DNA from: Candidatus Multivoradales bacterium
Lineage (GTDB): Bacteria; Acidobacteriota; Thermoanaerobaculia; Multivoradales; Multivoraceae
Assembly (NCBI GenBank): GCA_965223325.1
Contig: CBDCWI010000002.1
Coordinates: 4,224,001-4,288,000 of the forward strand
DNA: 64,000 nt
Direction: 5' to 3'
This document shows positions 8,887 through 18,599 of the stretch, piece after piece; within the stretch, counting starts at the first letter, position 1, and each line of letters starts with the position of its first letter. The translations under genes were made by a program, and so were the position numbers. Below the pieces are notes generated by a model. The model made no database searches. It was given only the letters and a program-made list of their open reading frames with translations, and was not told where the DNA came from.

Positions 8887-9306
8887 TCAGGCCCAGCCGA
8901 GGTCCTGCATCGCCAACCACGAGTGCCAGATCTTCGTCAGGTGGCGAATCTTTCCTGCATCATCGAAGAACATTACGTAGACGTAGTCGGTGGCGGCGCT
9001 CTTGCCGGTCGGCGGACAGGGGCCACCCTCGCCGGTGTGGGTGCCAGAAAAGACGGCGAAGGCCGAGACGGCAGCACGCTCCTCATCGACCGCCCATGAC
9101 TTCAAGTCATAGCGCCCGTCGGGCATGAAGCCGATCAGTGCCTTCATCCAATTGCAGTAGTCCTCGAGCGTTGCAACATCAGCCAGTGGTTCTGCCTGTG
9201 CGGAGAAGGTCGCGTCGGCGCTGCAGAACTCACGACAGGTTTCCCAGCCGCGGCCGGTTTCGCAGGCTTCGAAGAACTTCTCGGCGGTATCAGACATCGT
9301 CGTCAT
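8887..9306 (-). CDS. SnoaL-like / ester cyclase (NTF2-like) protein
   Basis: FSGTHTGEGGPCPPTGK motif typical of SnoaL-like cyclases; AGGAG RBS. Confidence 0.82.
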   Translation of the reverse strand: MTTMSDTAEKFFEACETGRGWETCREFCSADATFSAQAEPLADVATLEDYCNWMKALIGFMPDGRYDLKSWAVDEERAAVSAFAVFSGTHTGEGGPCPPTGKSAATDYVYVMFFDDAGKIRHLTKIWHSWLAMQDLGWA

Positions 9307-9398
9307 GAAAAACTCCTAGTCACAGTAGGCGGACGTTCAAAACTGCCAGCCACTCTACCCTTGGGCCTGGTTCGACACCCGGTGCCAGGTAAGGTCGC

Positions 9399-11914
9399 TC
9401 AGTCCGCGCGCAGGGTCGTGATCGGGTCGACTCTCCCGGCGCGGCGCGCGGGGAGCCACGCCGCGAGCAAGCCGGCGCTTGCCAGGAGCGCTGCCGCACC
9501 GACGTAGAAGCGCGGATCAGCGGGTGAAACGCCGTAGAGCTGCGATTCCAGCCAGCGCAATCCCATCGCTGCGACTCCCACCCCGAGAGTGATGCCAATC
9601 GCCAGCCGTACCCCAGCTCGGCCCACGACCTGCCGCACGACATGACGTGCGTTGGCGCCAAGCGCCAGCCGGATTCCGAAGTCACGTAGGCGGGTGGTGA
9701 CGTAGAAGCCGATGTTGCCGTAGATGCCGAGGGCCGCCATCAGAAGTGCAATCGCCGAGAACCCCGCCAACAGTGAGCCTGCGAAGCGTTCCCGCTCGGT
9801 CTGCCGGCGCAGGCGGTCGTGCATCTCTTCCATGCCAAACACGACGAGGTCGGAACCAGCCGCCGAAAGGCCGGCTTGGAGCGCACCGAAGACGCTGCGC
9901 GGTTGGCCTTTGGTGCGGGCGATCACCGACAGGTTCAGGGTGTCGAACTGCTCGAGCGCGAAGTACACATCCGGATCTTCGGGAGCGCTCGGGTCAAGAA
10001 CCAGGTTGCGCTGGCGCAGATCCGGCGCGACACCTATGACCGTCACCCATTGGACGGTCTCTCCGTTGGCCCCCGCCTCGAGAGGCCGGCCGAACTTGAA
10101 GCGCCGGCCGAGAGGATCCTTTGAGGGCCAGAGTGCCTCTGCCAGCTTCTCGCTGACCACCGCGACCCCTTCGGTATCGTCGCCACGATCGGCATCGGTG
10201 AAACCGCGTCCCCTCAGAATGGGGATCCCGAGGACGTCGAAGTAGGTAGGTGTCACGAGATGGCGGTAGGTGCGGGTGCCGCCGCCATAGGGAGCGTCGG
10301 GTGCCAGAGCCGAGCCCTCGGCGCTCACCACGGTTGCCGAGCTCGCGCCACTCATCGGTGTGCCGACAGAAAGCGCGGCGTTGGAGATCCCCGGCGCCGA
10401 GCGCGCTGCAACCAGCAGGCGATCGCGGGTGGCGCGCCGCAGCGCCGGTTCCATGTCCTCAGGCAATCCCACCCGCGCCAGCGCGACCTGCTCGGCTTCG
10501 AACCCTGGCTCGATGTCTAAGAGGTTCACGATCGTCGCCGTCATCAAACCGGCTCCGATCACCAACAGCATCGCGAGCGCCACCTGTCCAACCAGCAGGG
10601 CATCGCGGGCGCTCTGTGCGATTGCGGTGCCGGAGGTCGCGCGAATCGTCGTTGCGAGCGACTTCTGACTGCCAGCGACTCGTATGCTGGCGGCCGCAGC
10701 GCGTATTCCCGTGGTGGCGAGAAGAAGCAGGATCGTCAAGAGCGCCAGGACCAGGAGAAAGACGGTTGCTCGAGCGTCGAATGCTGCCTGGCGGGGCAAC
10801 GTCACTGGAGCCAGTTGCAACATCAACCTCGACAGGGTCGCGGCTACGACGACGCCGAGTACCGTGCCGGCGACAACGAGGACTGTCGCCTCGGCGAGTT
10901 GGCTGCGCAAGAGATCGAAACGACTCGCACCAATGGCTACTCGCACGGCCGTCTCACGCTGTCGCTCGTGGGAGCGCGCGATGAGCAGGCTGGCGACGTT
11001 GGCGATCACGATCAACCAGAGGGCGAGCACCGCGCCGAAAGAGCCCTGACTGGCGCCCCGAGCACGCCGACGGTTTCTGCCCGCAGCGAACCCAGATCAG
11101 CTGAGTACCCCTGGTTGTCGTCGGGGAAGGCGGCCTCGAGTCGACTGAAGACCGTCGCCATTTCTTCGCGTGCCCGCTGCTCGATGACCTTCGGGTCGCC
11201 GGGCGCGAGGCGGATCAGGACATCGAGCCAGCGCGCTCCGCGGTTCTGCATAAAGGAGTCTTCGGCCGCTCCGAGGTCGAGCATCGACCCCCACACCTCT
11301 GCACCCTCGACGAGTGGTTCGAAGTCCGCGGGCAGAACACCAACGACAACATGCTCGCGTCGATCAACGCGCAGGGTTTCGCCAACGATCTCGGTGCGGC
11401 CGGCGAAGCGGTTCTGCCACATGTCGTAGCTGAGGATCAACTCCGGCGTGCGACTGCCAGGCGGGTCATGAGAAGCGCCGGTGAAGCCGGTCCCCAGAAC
11501 GGGCGTGATGCCCAGGAGCGGGAAGTACTCCGGGCTGACGACGGCACCGTCGATGCGCGTTAGGGCGCCGCCCTGGCTGGCTGGTGCATCAAAGACGAAG
11601 TTCCCCTGGTCGAAGGCCGCCAGCCCGGCGATTGCACTGTTGGGGTTCGTCTGAACATGCGCTGCGAGATCGAGATAGTCAGGCCACGAGTAAGTGCGCC
11701 GCTCGACTTCGTCGCGGGTGACCGTCGACCAGGACAGGGCGAGCTCGTCAGGGTCGTTGTAGGGCAAAGGCTCGAGGAACACCAGGTCGACGACAACGAA
11801 CAGAGCCGCCGCCGCCCCCAGGCCGATCGCGAGAGTGGCTGCGATCGTCGCTGTCCACAGTGGTCGCCTGGAAAGCGAACGCGTTGCGATACGAAGCTCA
11901 TGGAACATGGCCAA
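9399..11914 (-). pseudogene. Second ADOP-family permease, split by a 1-nt frameshift near 11040 (pseudogene or sequencing error)
   Basis: ORFs 11012-11914 (N-half) and 9399-11030 (C-half) join as ...GAPVRALFGAVLALWLIVIANV if one T is added to the T run at 11038-11040. Ends PARRAGRVDPITTLRAD. Confidence 0.85.
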
Positions 11915-11975
11915 CTCCAGAAAACGTGCGGCTGAAGTGAGTCTCTATCAACTTACGACCGCTGGGCCCCGCGGG

Positions 11976-13349
11976 TTACTCGATCACGCCAGACATGGCG
12001 ACTCCGTCACTCTCATCGAAGCGGAACCCCAGGAGTTGCGCGACAGTAGCGGCGATATCGATCTGGCGGGCGATCGGCAGAACCACGCCCTTTCGAATTC
12101 CCGCGCCCGAGACCACCAGCCCAGTATGCATGCGCGGGTTGGTGGGCAAAAAGCCATGCGTACCGCGCCGATCGGTCGCCACCAGGAAGCGGTCCTCCTC
12201 GAAGCTCTCGGCAATACTGAAACCTTCGACCGGTTCGAGGTAGAGGAGCGCTTCGGGGTCCGCGCCCAACGCGTCGAGCTGCTGGCGATCGAGAACGGTG
12301 AAGAGGTGTTGGTAAGGCCCCTTGGCCAGGCTGTCGAAGAGAACCTCGACACGCTGGGCGAGCTCCTGGTCGGATGGATCGGCAAGTCGAATGGCGGCGC
12401 GCTGCGCCGTAGCCTGCCAACTGGTGATCTTGCCTTCGTCATCGGTGTGGAGCAGGCCGGCGCGACGCAACACGACGTTCGGCTGGAAGGAAGAGTGCAC
12501 GCGGTAGAAGCCATGGTCGCCGGTGATGACGAAAGCAGTGCGCTCGAGAATGCCGGCCTCGGAAACGGCGTCGATGATCTCGCCAATGTGCCGGTCAACG
12601 CGTACGAAAGCATGGTCCGACTCGATGCTGTGTGGACCCGTAGCGTGTTGGGCGTAGTCAGTTTGGACGAGATGAATCATCAAGAGGCTCGGGCGCTTCT
12701 CTTTGATGAGGCGCACAGCAACGGCGGTTGCGAAGCGATCGCGCTCGGTCGGAATGAGGTTGTCGCGAGGGCCAAATCCACCCAAGTCCTCGACGACCGC
12801 GTCGACCAGGCCGGGCGTCGACTCCCGCCTTGCCAGTTCGAGCCAGGTCATGTCTGGTGGGTTCTGGTGAGTCTCGGGGTACAAAAAGTCGATCTCGGCA
12901 CCTACCGAGACTGGCCAGGACACTCCCGCGGTCGTAAGGCCGGCTGACCGGGCCTTATGCCAGAGGGTTGGTACTTGAATCGATGTGCTCTCGAAGTACC
13001 ACGAGCCGGTCCCGGGTCCCTCAAAGCGAGTGTTCTGGAAGACGCCGTGGCGGGCCGGAGCAACCCCGGTCACGATCGACGTATGCGACGGATAGGTCAG
13101 CGACGGATACTGGCCGATCACCCCTTCGGCGTAACTTCCCCAATCTCGCAGCGCATGCAGGTTTGGCAGATCAACGGTTGTTCGGTCGTCGACGTACTCC
13201 GGTAGGAAACCGTCAATCGAGATCAGGATGACGTGATCTGCCGGTGGCGCGGTAGTTGGAGTCGCTGGTTGGCCTGCAGCAGCCGTTGCCAGCATGAAGG
13301 CGCTGCCGCGTAGCGCGAGGGTGCCGAGGAGCTGAAGGCGAGCGATCAT
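11976..13349 (-). CDS. Alkaline phosphatase superfamily nucleotide pyrophosphatase/phosphodiesterase
   Basis: ISIDG, TYPSHTSIVTG (Thr nucleophile), DYAQH, GDHG, GTHG; signal peptide. Confidence 0.88.
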   Translation of the reverse strand: MIARLQLLGTLALRGSAFMLATAAAGQPATPTTAPPADHVILISIDGFLPEYVDDRTTVDLPNLHALRDWGSYAEGVIGQYPSLTYPSHTSIVTGVAPARHGVFQNTRFEGPGTGSWYFESTSIQVPTLWHKARSAGLTTAGVSWPVSVGAEIDFLYPETHQNPPDMTWLELARRESTPGLVDAVVEDLGGFGPRDNLIPTERDRFATAVAVRLIKEKRPSLLMIHLVQTDYAQHATGPHSIESDHAFVRVDRHIGEIIDAVSEAGILERTAFVITGDHGFYRVHSSFQPNVVLRRAGLLHTDDEGKITSWQATAQRAAIRLADPSDQELAQRVEVLFDSLAKGPYQHLFTVLDRQQLDALGADPEALLYLEPVEGFSIAESFEEDRFLVATDRRGTHGFLPTNPRMHTGLVVSGAGIRKGVVLPIARQIDIAATVAQLLGFRFDESDGVAMSGVIE

Positions 13350-13458
13350 ATGGATTACCCATCGGTTTGAAGCCGTCGTGCCGGTACGATGTCTGGACAT
13401 CCCCGGCCAGGACACCTGCAGGCTGCTTTGATGCCTCGATCCTACAGAGGAGCGGACC

Positions 13459-14526
13459 ATGACGAATCTTTCACTCGGCGACCTTGTTTCCCTATTCTTC
13501 GCCGTCCTTGTGGTGTTTCCCGCTCTCGCTTGTGCACAGCAGTCGGGCAGCCTGACGGATGTCGAAGGGTTGTCGGTGGGGCATCACACGCTCACCGAAC
13601 GTCCGACCGGCTGCACAGTCATTCTCACGGGGCCCGAGGGGGCAGTGGCCGGCGTCGATATCCGGGGCGGCGCCCCGGGTACCCGTGAAGTCGCCCTCCT
13701 CGAGCCAGTGAACCACGTCGATCGCGCGCACGCCATCGTGCTTTCAGGAGGCAGCGCCTTCGGGCTCGACTCTGCTTCGGGAGTCGTGCGCTACCTCGAC
13801 GAGAAAGGGATTGGCTACAACACTCGTGTAGGTGTCGTGCCGATCGTTCCCGCGGCGATTCTTTTCGACCTCGGTATCGGTGACCAACCGAAGGTCCGTC
13901 CGGGTGCCGAGTGTGGGTTCAAAGCAGCGAGCGCCGCCACCTCTGGCCCGGTCGAGGAAGGGAGCGTTGGTGCTGGTGCGGGTGCGACCGTGGGCAAGAT
14001 GGGTGGCCCGGGCCGCTCGATGAAGGCCGGCATTGGCTCCGCATCCATCAAACTGCCCAACGGCCTGGTGGTGTCTGCTCTGGTGGCGGTTAACGCCGTG
14101 GGCGACATCATCGACCCCGCAACCGGCCAGGTGGTTGCCGGTGCGCGCAAAGAAGACGGCAGTTTTCTCGACATGCGCCAGGTTCTGCGGCGTGGGACCT
14201 CGAATCGCGCGCAGCCTCGTGGCGGTGAAAACACCACCATCGGTGTGGTGGCGACCAACGCCAGCCTCACTCAGGTCGAGGCCAAGAAGATGGCGATGAT
14301 GGCCCACGACGGCTACGCGCGGGCGATCTCGCCTGCTCACCTGCCCAGCGACGGCGACTTGATCTTCTCGCTCGCGACCGGCGGCTGGGACGGAGACGCC
14401 AACCTGGCGACCATTGGAGCGTTGGCCGCCGAGGCGATGGCGGATGCGATTGTTCGTGCGGCCACGCAGGCGACCGGCTTGCCCGGTTACCCTGCCGTGC
14501 GCGATCTGCAGAAGAACGAACGGTGA
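13459..14526 (+). CDS. P1/S58 family peptidase (DmpA-like L-aminopeptidase/D-esterase)
   Basis: GGAPGTRE, LSGGSAFGL, VNAVGD, NTTIGVVATNA, DGD motifs; signal peptide. Confidence 0.9.
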   Translation: MTNLSLGDLVSLFFAVLVVFPALACAQQSGSLTDVEGLSVGHHTLTERPTGCTVILTGPEGAVAGVDIRGGAPGTREVALLEPVNHVDRAHAIVLSGGSAFGLDSASGVVRYLDEKGIGYNTRVGVVPIVPAAILFDLGIGDQPKVRPGAECGFKAASAATSGPVEEGSVGAGAGATVGKMGGPGRSMKAGIGSASIKLPNGLVVSALVAVNAVGDIIDPATGQVVAGARKEDGSFLDMRQVLRRGTSNRAQPRGGENTTIGVVATNASLTQVEAKKMAMMAHDGYARAISPAHLPSDGDLIFSLATGGWDGDANLATIGALAAEAMADAIVRAATQATGLPGYPAVRDLQKNER

Positions 14527-16070
14527 CCACGCGCCGCGCCTTCAAGAAGGCGCTTGCGGGTAGCGTCCTCGGCGGCGCGTTGGGCGCACCGGCGATCGTG
14601 GCACAGGACAGCGCCCGGCCAAGAATCACCCATGGTGTCGCTTCCGGTGACGTCTCGGGTGATCGCGCGACGCTTTGGGCGCGCGTCGATCGGCCGGCAC
14701 GTCTGGTGGTGGAGTGGGATACCAGCGAGCGCTTCTCAGCGCCCCGACGCGTCGTGGGTCCAGTGGCGCTTCCCGAGACCGGCCTCGCCGCGCTGGTCGA
14801 TTTGCACGAACTTCCACCGGGGCAGCGCATTGTCTATCGAGTGACCTTTGAAGATCTGCGCGACTTGCGCCGGATCAGTGCTCCTTTTGTCGGGACCTTT
14901 CGCTCGGCGGCGACAGCTGGGAACTCCCGCTTCCGTATCGCCTGGTCGGCAGATACCTGTGGGCAGGGGTGGGGCAGGAACCCCGACTGGGGAGGCCTGC
15001 GCCTCTTTGAAACGATGCGTGCGACCGAGCCCGACCTGTTCATCCACTGCGGCGACACCATCTACGCCGATCAGCCGCTCCTACCCGAGGTCACCCTCGA
15101 CGACGGCACGGTCTGGCGCAACCTGGTGACCCCTGCCAAGGCCAAGGTTGCCGAGACCCTGGCCGAGTTCCGTGGCAACTACCTCTACAATCTCGAAGAC
15201 GATCACATGCAGGCGTTCAACGCCCTGGTGCCCCAGTTTGTCCTCTGGGACGACCACGAGGTGCACGACAACTACCACTTCGCCCAGCGCCTCGATGACG
15301 ACGACCGCTACCAGGAAAAGAGCGTAGCGGTCCTGCAGTCCTTTGCTCGGCGTGCGTTCTTCGAGCACCACCCCATTCGTACCGCCGCCGGCGACCGCGA
15401 GCGCATCTATCGCGCCATCCGCCCACATCCGGAGGTCGAGGTGTATGCACTCGACATGCGCACCTACCGCGCGCCGAATTCGCTCAATGACCAGCCGAAG
15501 CCCGGTCCAGAGACCGCGCTTCTCGGCAGACGCCAGCTGGCGTGGCTCGAGGAGCGGCTGGTGCGGTCAACGGCGACCTGGAAAGTCATCGCCTCCGACA
15601 TGCCAATCGGTCTCGTTGTGCGCGACCATCCTGACCACTTCGAAGCGGTCGCCAATAGTGGAGGTGAGCCGCGGGGCCGTGAGCACGAGATAGCCGGTCT
15701 CCTGCGCGCCCTCTACGACCAGAACGTTCACAACGTTGTGTGGCTGACCGGCGACGTGCACTACTGCGCTGCCCATCACTACGACCCCGACCGGGCACGC
15801 TTTCGCGACTTCAACCCCTTCTGGGAGTTTGTCGCCGGGCCGCTGCACGCTGGGACCTTCGGCCCGAACGAGCTCGACGACACCTTCGGCCCCGAGGTGC
15901 GCTTTCGAGGCATTCCCGAGGGGATGAAGCCCGGCCGCTCACCTCGTGACGGCTTTCAGTTCTTCGGCACCTTGACCGTCGACGCTGGCAGCGACGTCTT
16001 GACCGTCGGGCTGCACGATCTCGCCGGCGAGGTGATCTACAGCCAGGCTCTCGAGCCGATGCGGGGTTGA
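14523..16070 (+). CDS. phoD: Alkaline phosphatase D family protein, Tat-exported
   Basis: TTRRAF Tat-like signal, HGVASGD, GDTIYAD, WDDHEV, LDMRTYR, TGDVH. Confidence 0.92.
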   Translation: MTTRRAFKKALAGSVLGGALGAPAIVAQDSARPRITHGVASGDVSGDRATLWARVDRPARLVVEWDTSERFSAPRRVVGPVALPETGLAALVDLHELPPGQRIVYRVTFEDLRDLRRISAPFVGTFRSAATAGNSRFRIAWSADTCGQGWGRNPDWGGLRLFETMRATEPDLFIHCGDTIYADQPLLPEVTLDDGTVWRNLVTPAKAKVAETLAEFRGNYLYNLEDDHMQAFNALVPQFVLWDDHEVHDNYHFAQRLDDDDRYQEKSVAVLQSFARRAFFEHHPIRTAAGDRERIYRAIRPHPEVEVYALDMRTYRAPNSLNDQPKPGPETALLGRRQLAWLEERLVRSTATWKVIASDMPIGLVVRDHPDHFEAVANSGGEPRGREHEIAGLLRALYDQNVHNVVWLTGDVHYCAAHHYDPDRARFRDFNPFWEFVAGPLHAGTFGPNELDDTFGPEVRFRGIPEGMKPGRSPRDGFQFFGTLTVDAGSDVLTVGLHDLAGEVIYSQALEPMRG

Positions 16071-16091
16071 CGCCTAAGGAGTTTCCTTCCA

Positions 16092-17228
16092 ATGACCGAG
16101 TGGACCCTCGAGTGCGGCGCCTGCAATGCGCCCGCAGAACAGGCCGGCGCGACCGTGTGCGGGGACTGTGGCAGGCCGCTTCTGGTGCGCTATGACCTCG
16201 AAGCGCTCGATGGCGAAGCTTTGCGCGAGGCCTGGGCGAGTCGTCGCGGCGGCATGTGGCGTTTTCGCGAGATCATGCCGCTCCGAGATGGCGAGGCGCC
16301 CGTCACCCTCGGCGAAGGCGCGACACCGCTGCTCGAGCTCGACCGTCTCGGAGAAGAACTCGGCCTGCGGCTGTACGCCAAAGACGAGGGGCAGAACCCA
16401 ACCGGCAGCTTCAAGGACCGCGGCCTCTCGGCGGCGGTGACCCGCGCGGTTCGAGACGGCCGCCAGAGCTTCGTCGTGCCCACGGCCGGCAATGCCGGCG
16501 CTGCGCTCGCCGCCTACTGTGCACGTGCCGGGGTAGAGGCCAAGCTCTTCATGCCGCGCGACACACCTGCGGGAGTCGTCCGACGGTGCGAGCTCTCGGG
16601 TGCCGACATCGAACGCATCGATGGCCTGATCGACACCTGCGGCGAGCTTGCGGCTCGCTACGCGGGCGAGAACGGCGCCTGGAATGTCTCGACTCTCAAA
16701 GAGCCCTATCGCATCGAGGGCAAGAAGACGATGATGCTCGAGATCGCTCTGGCGCTTGGCTGGCAGGCCCCCGACGCGATCGTCTACCCCACAGGGGGTG
16801 GCACCGGTCTCATCGGAAGCTGGAAGGCGCTTGCTGAGCTCGAGGCTCTGGGTCTCACCAAGCAAACGACGCGCCTGTACTCCGTGCAAAGTGCGGGCTG
16901 CGCTCCCATCGTACGTGCCTTCGAACGCGGCGACCGTTTCGCCGCCGCCTGGGAAGATGCCGAAACGCAGGCTTATGGCCTCCGGGTGCCTGGGGCGCTC
17001 GGCGATTTTCTGATTCTCGATGCTTTGCGGGCGTCTGGCGGCGGTGCGCTGGCGGTCGAAGACGACGCGATGAAACGAGGTGCTCTGACCCTGGGGGGCC
17101 ATGGCCTGAGCGCATCGATCGAAGGCGGCGCGACACTGGCGGCCGCACAAGTGCTCAGACAAAGCGGCGATCTGCGCGAAGGTGAGCGGGTGGTTCTCTT
17201 CAACACCGCGCACTCGCTGACGTACTGA
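16092..17228 (+). CDS. thrC: Threonine synthase (PLP-dependent)
   Basis: NPTGSFKDRG PLP-lysine motif, TAGNAG, EGKKT, PTGGGTG; N-terminal CxxC pairs. Confidence 0.88.
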   Translation: MTEWTLECGACNAPAEQAGATVCGDCGRPLLVRYDLEALDGEALREAWASRRGGMWRFREIMPLRDGEAPVTLGEGATPLLELDRLGEELGLRLYAKDEGQNPTGSFKDRGLSAAVTRAVRDGRQSFVVPTAGNAGAALAAYCARAGVEAKLFMPRDTPAGVVRRCELSGADIERIDGLIDTCGELAARYAGENGAWNVSTLKEPYRIEGKKTMMLEIALALGWQAPDAIVYPTGGGTGLIGSWKALAELEALGLTKQTTRLYSVQSAGCAPIVRAFERGDRFAAAWEDAETQAYGLRVPGALGDFLILDALRASGGGALAVEDDAMKRGALTLGGHGLSASIEGGATLAAAQVLRQSGDLREGERVVLFNTAHSLTY

Positions 17229-17249
17229 ACGGCCGGTCGCCGTGTGCCC

Positions 17250-18152
17250 TCAGACCTCGGCGCTGGCCAGACAAGCAGCCAGTGCGTCGGCTGCTTCGCG
17301 CGCCGACGGGTACCTGAACCCCCCTGGCAACGCCAGCAGCCTGGCCATCACGACGTCGAGAGCCTCGGGTACCTGAAGCATTTCGCGCAGCGGCTTCCAG
17401 TTGCCTTTGTCGACTGCTTGAAAGTAGGCCAGGATCGAATCGGTCGGGAACGGGCCCTTCCCGGCGACCATCTCGTACAAAAGAGTGCCAACACAGAAGA
17501 GATCGGTGCCTGCGTCGACTTCGCCGCCGTGCACCTGCTCGGGCGCCATGTAGCCCGCGATTCCGACGGACTGTCCAGCCATGGTCGTGAAACCGTTCGC
17601 TGCTTCGGCTTCGCCTTCTAGGAACTTGACCAACCCGAAGTCAATCAATTTCACCGACTGGTCATTGGCCAGGAGAATGCCTTCGGGTTGGATATTGCGA
17701 TGAAGCACTCCACCCTCGTGTAGCGCCGCCAGCCCTTCGAGCACCTGGATGGCGACGTGCATGGCACGTACGACGGGCACTCGGCCGTCCTGCATCAAGG
17801 TCTTCAGGTCGCTGCCCTCGATGACCTCACGCACGAAGTAGTACACCGGCGCAGTTCCTGATTCGCCCGCTGCGTCGCCCACCAGGTCAGGGTGGGAAAC
17901 GTCGGCCCGACCTGAGTCGAGCAGCCGCGCGACGTTCTCATGTTCGATGCGCGTGGCGACCTTGAGTTCGCGCTCGAAGCGGCCAATGGCCTCTTCATTG
18001 TGGTTCCAGGCCGGTAACACTTTGATCAGGACGGGGTGGCCGGTGGAGATCTCGGTGGCCTTGAAGAGAAAGGGAGCGCCCAGCGGTTCGCCGAGGCGGT
18101 AGGCGCCGATTTCGACGCCAGTGAGGTCGGTGGTCGTTGCGGTCTGGGTCAT
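17250..18152 (-). CDS. Hanks-type Ser/Thr protein kinase domain protein (likely pseudokinase)
   Basis: VLIK, RFERE, DFGL, YMAPEQ, D..CVG present; the catalytic loop reads HRNIQP and the Gly-rich loop is absent. Confidence 0.88.
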   Translation of the reverse strand: MTQTATTTDLTGVEIGAYRLGEPLGAPFLFKATEISTGHPVLIKVLPAWNHNEEAIGRFERELKVATRIEHENVARLLDSGRADVSHPDLVGDAAGESGTAPVYYFVREVIEGSDLKTLMQDGRVPVVRAMHVAIQVLEGLAALHEGGVLHRNIQPEGILLANDQSVKLIDFGLVKFLEGEAEAANGFTTMAGQSVGIAGYMAPEQVHGGEVDAGTDLFCVGTLLYEMVAGKGPFPTDSILAYFQAVDKGNWKPLREMLQVPEALDVVMARLLALPGGFRYPSAREAADALAACLASAEV

Positions 18153-18249
18153 GGCGGGCCTCGGCTGTGGGGGTGCTCGGCATCCGCCGAGAATCGAAAT
18201 ATTCTAACAAAACTATGATTTCGATCATCTTTCTGAAGGAATCACAGGC

Positions 18250-18488
18250 CGACAGGAGGTCATTCGGCACTGGATGCGCGCGCTCTGCGCCGACGAGGTG
18301 ACGAAGACCGCACGTCCTGGAAACGGATGTGGGCCCTGGTGGCCCACTACCTACCTAAAGCCCGAGTCCAACATCCCTGGCCTGGTGAGCGACTTGTCGT
18401 CAATACCTGAGGCAGGAGCCCAGTGCATTAGCAGTGCACGCTGGGATCTGTGCGGGGGGCGCCGGGCAACCGGCGCTCCTACCGCGAT
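18250..18488 (+). mobile_element. 5'-truncated group II intron remnant (maturase C-terminus plus domains V and VI)
   Basis: DV GAGCCCAGTGCA-TTAGCAG-TGCACGCTGGGATC (18416-18448) with AGC triad and AC bulge. DVI with GCAA tetraloop and bulged A 18481, ending GAT 18488. The upstream frame reads RQEVIRHWM/RALRRRGDEDRTSWKRMWALVAHYLPKARVQHPWPGERLVVNT* (stop 18408-18410). Confidence 0.88.
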
Positions 18489-18503
18489 CGCCGCAAGTGT
18501 GAC

Positions 18504-18599
18504 TCTAGCGAGGGGCGTGGTATGAACGCCCGAGATCAACTCAACCCAGAGGCACGCTCCTAGAAGGAGAGGTTGAAGACAACCGCGCCCCTCGCTAGA
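18504..18599. repeat. 18-bp inverted repeat / long hairpin at the 3' end of the TonB receptor gene
   Basis: TCTAGCGAGGGGCGTGGT (18504-18521) pairs with ACCGCGCCCCTCGCTAGA (18582-18599), one mismatch; inner TCAACC/GGTTGA pair. Confidence 0.7.

Noticed and set aside
18300-18490. 6S RNA or riboswitch
   Set aside because: Better explained as group II intron domains V and VI plus maturase tail.
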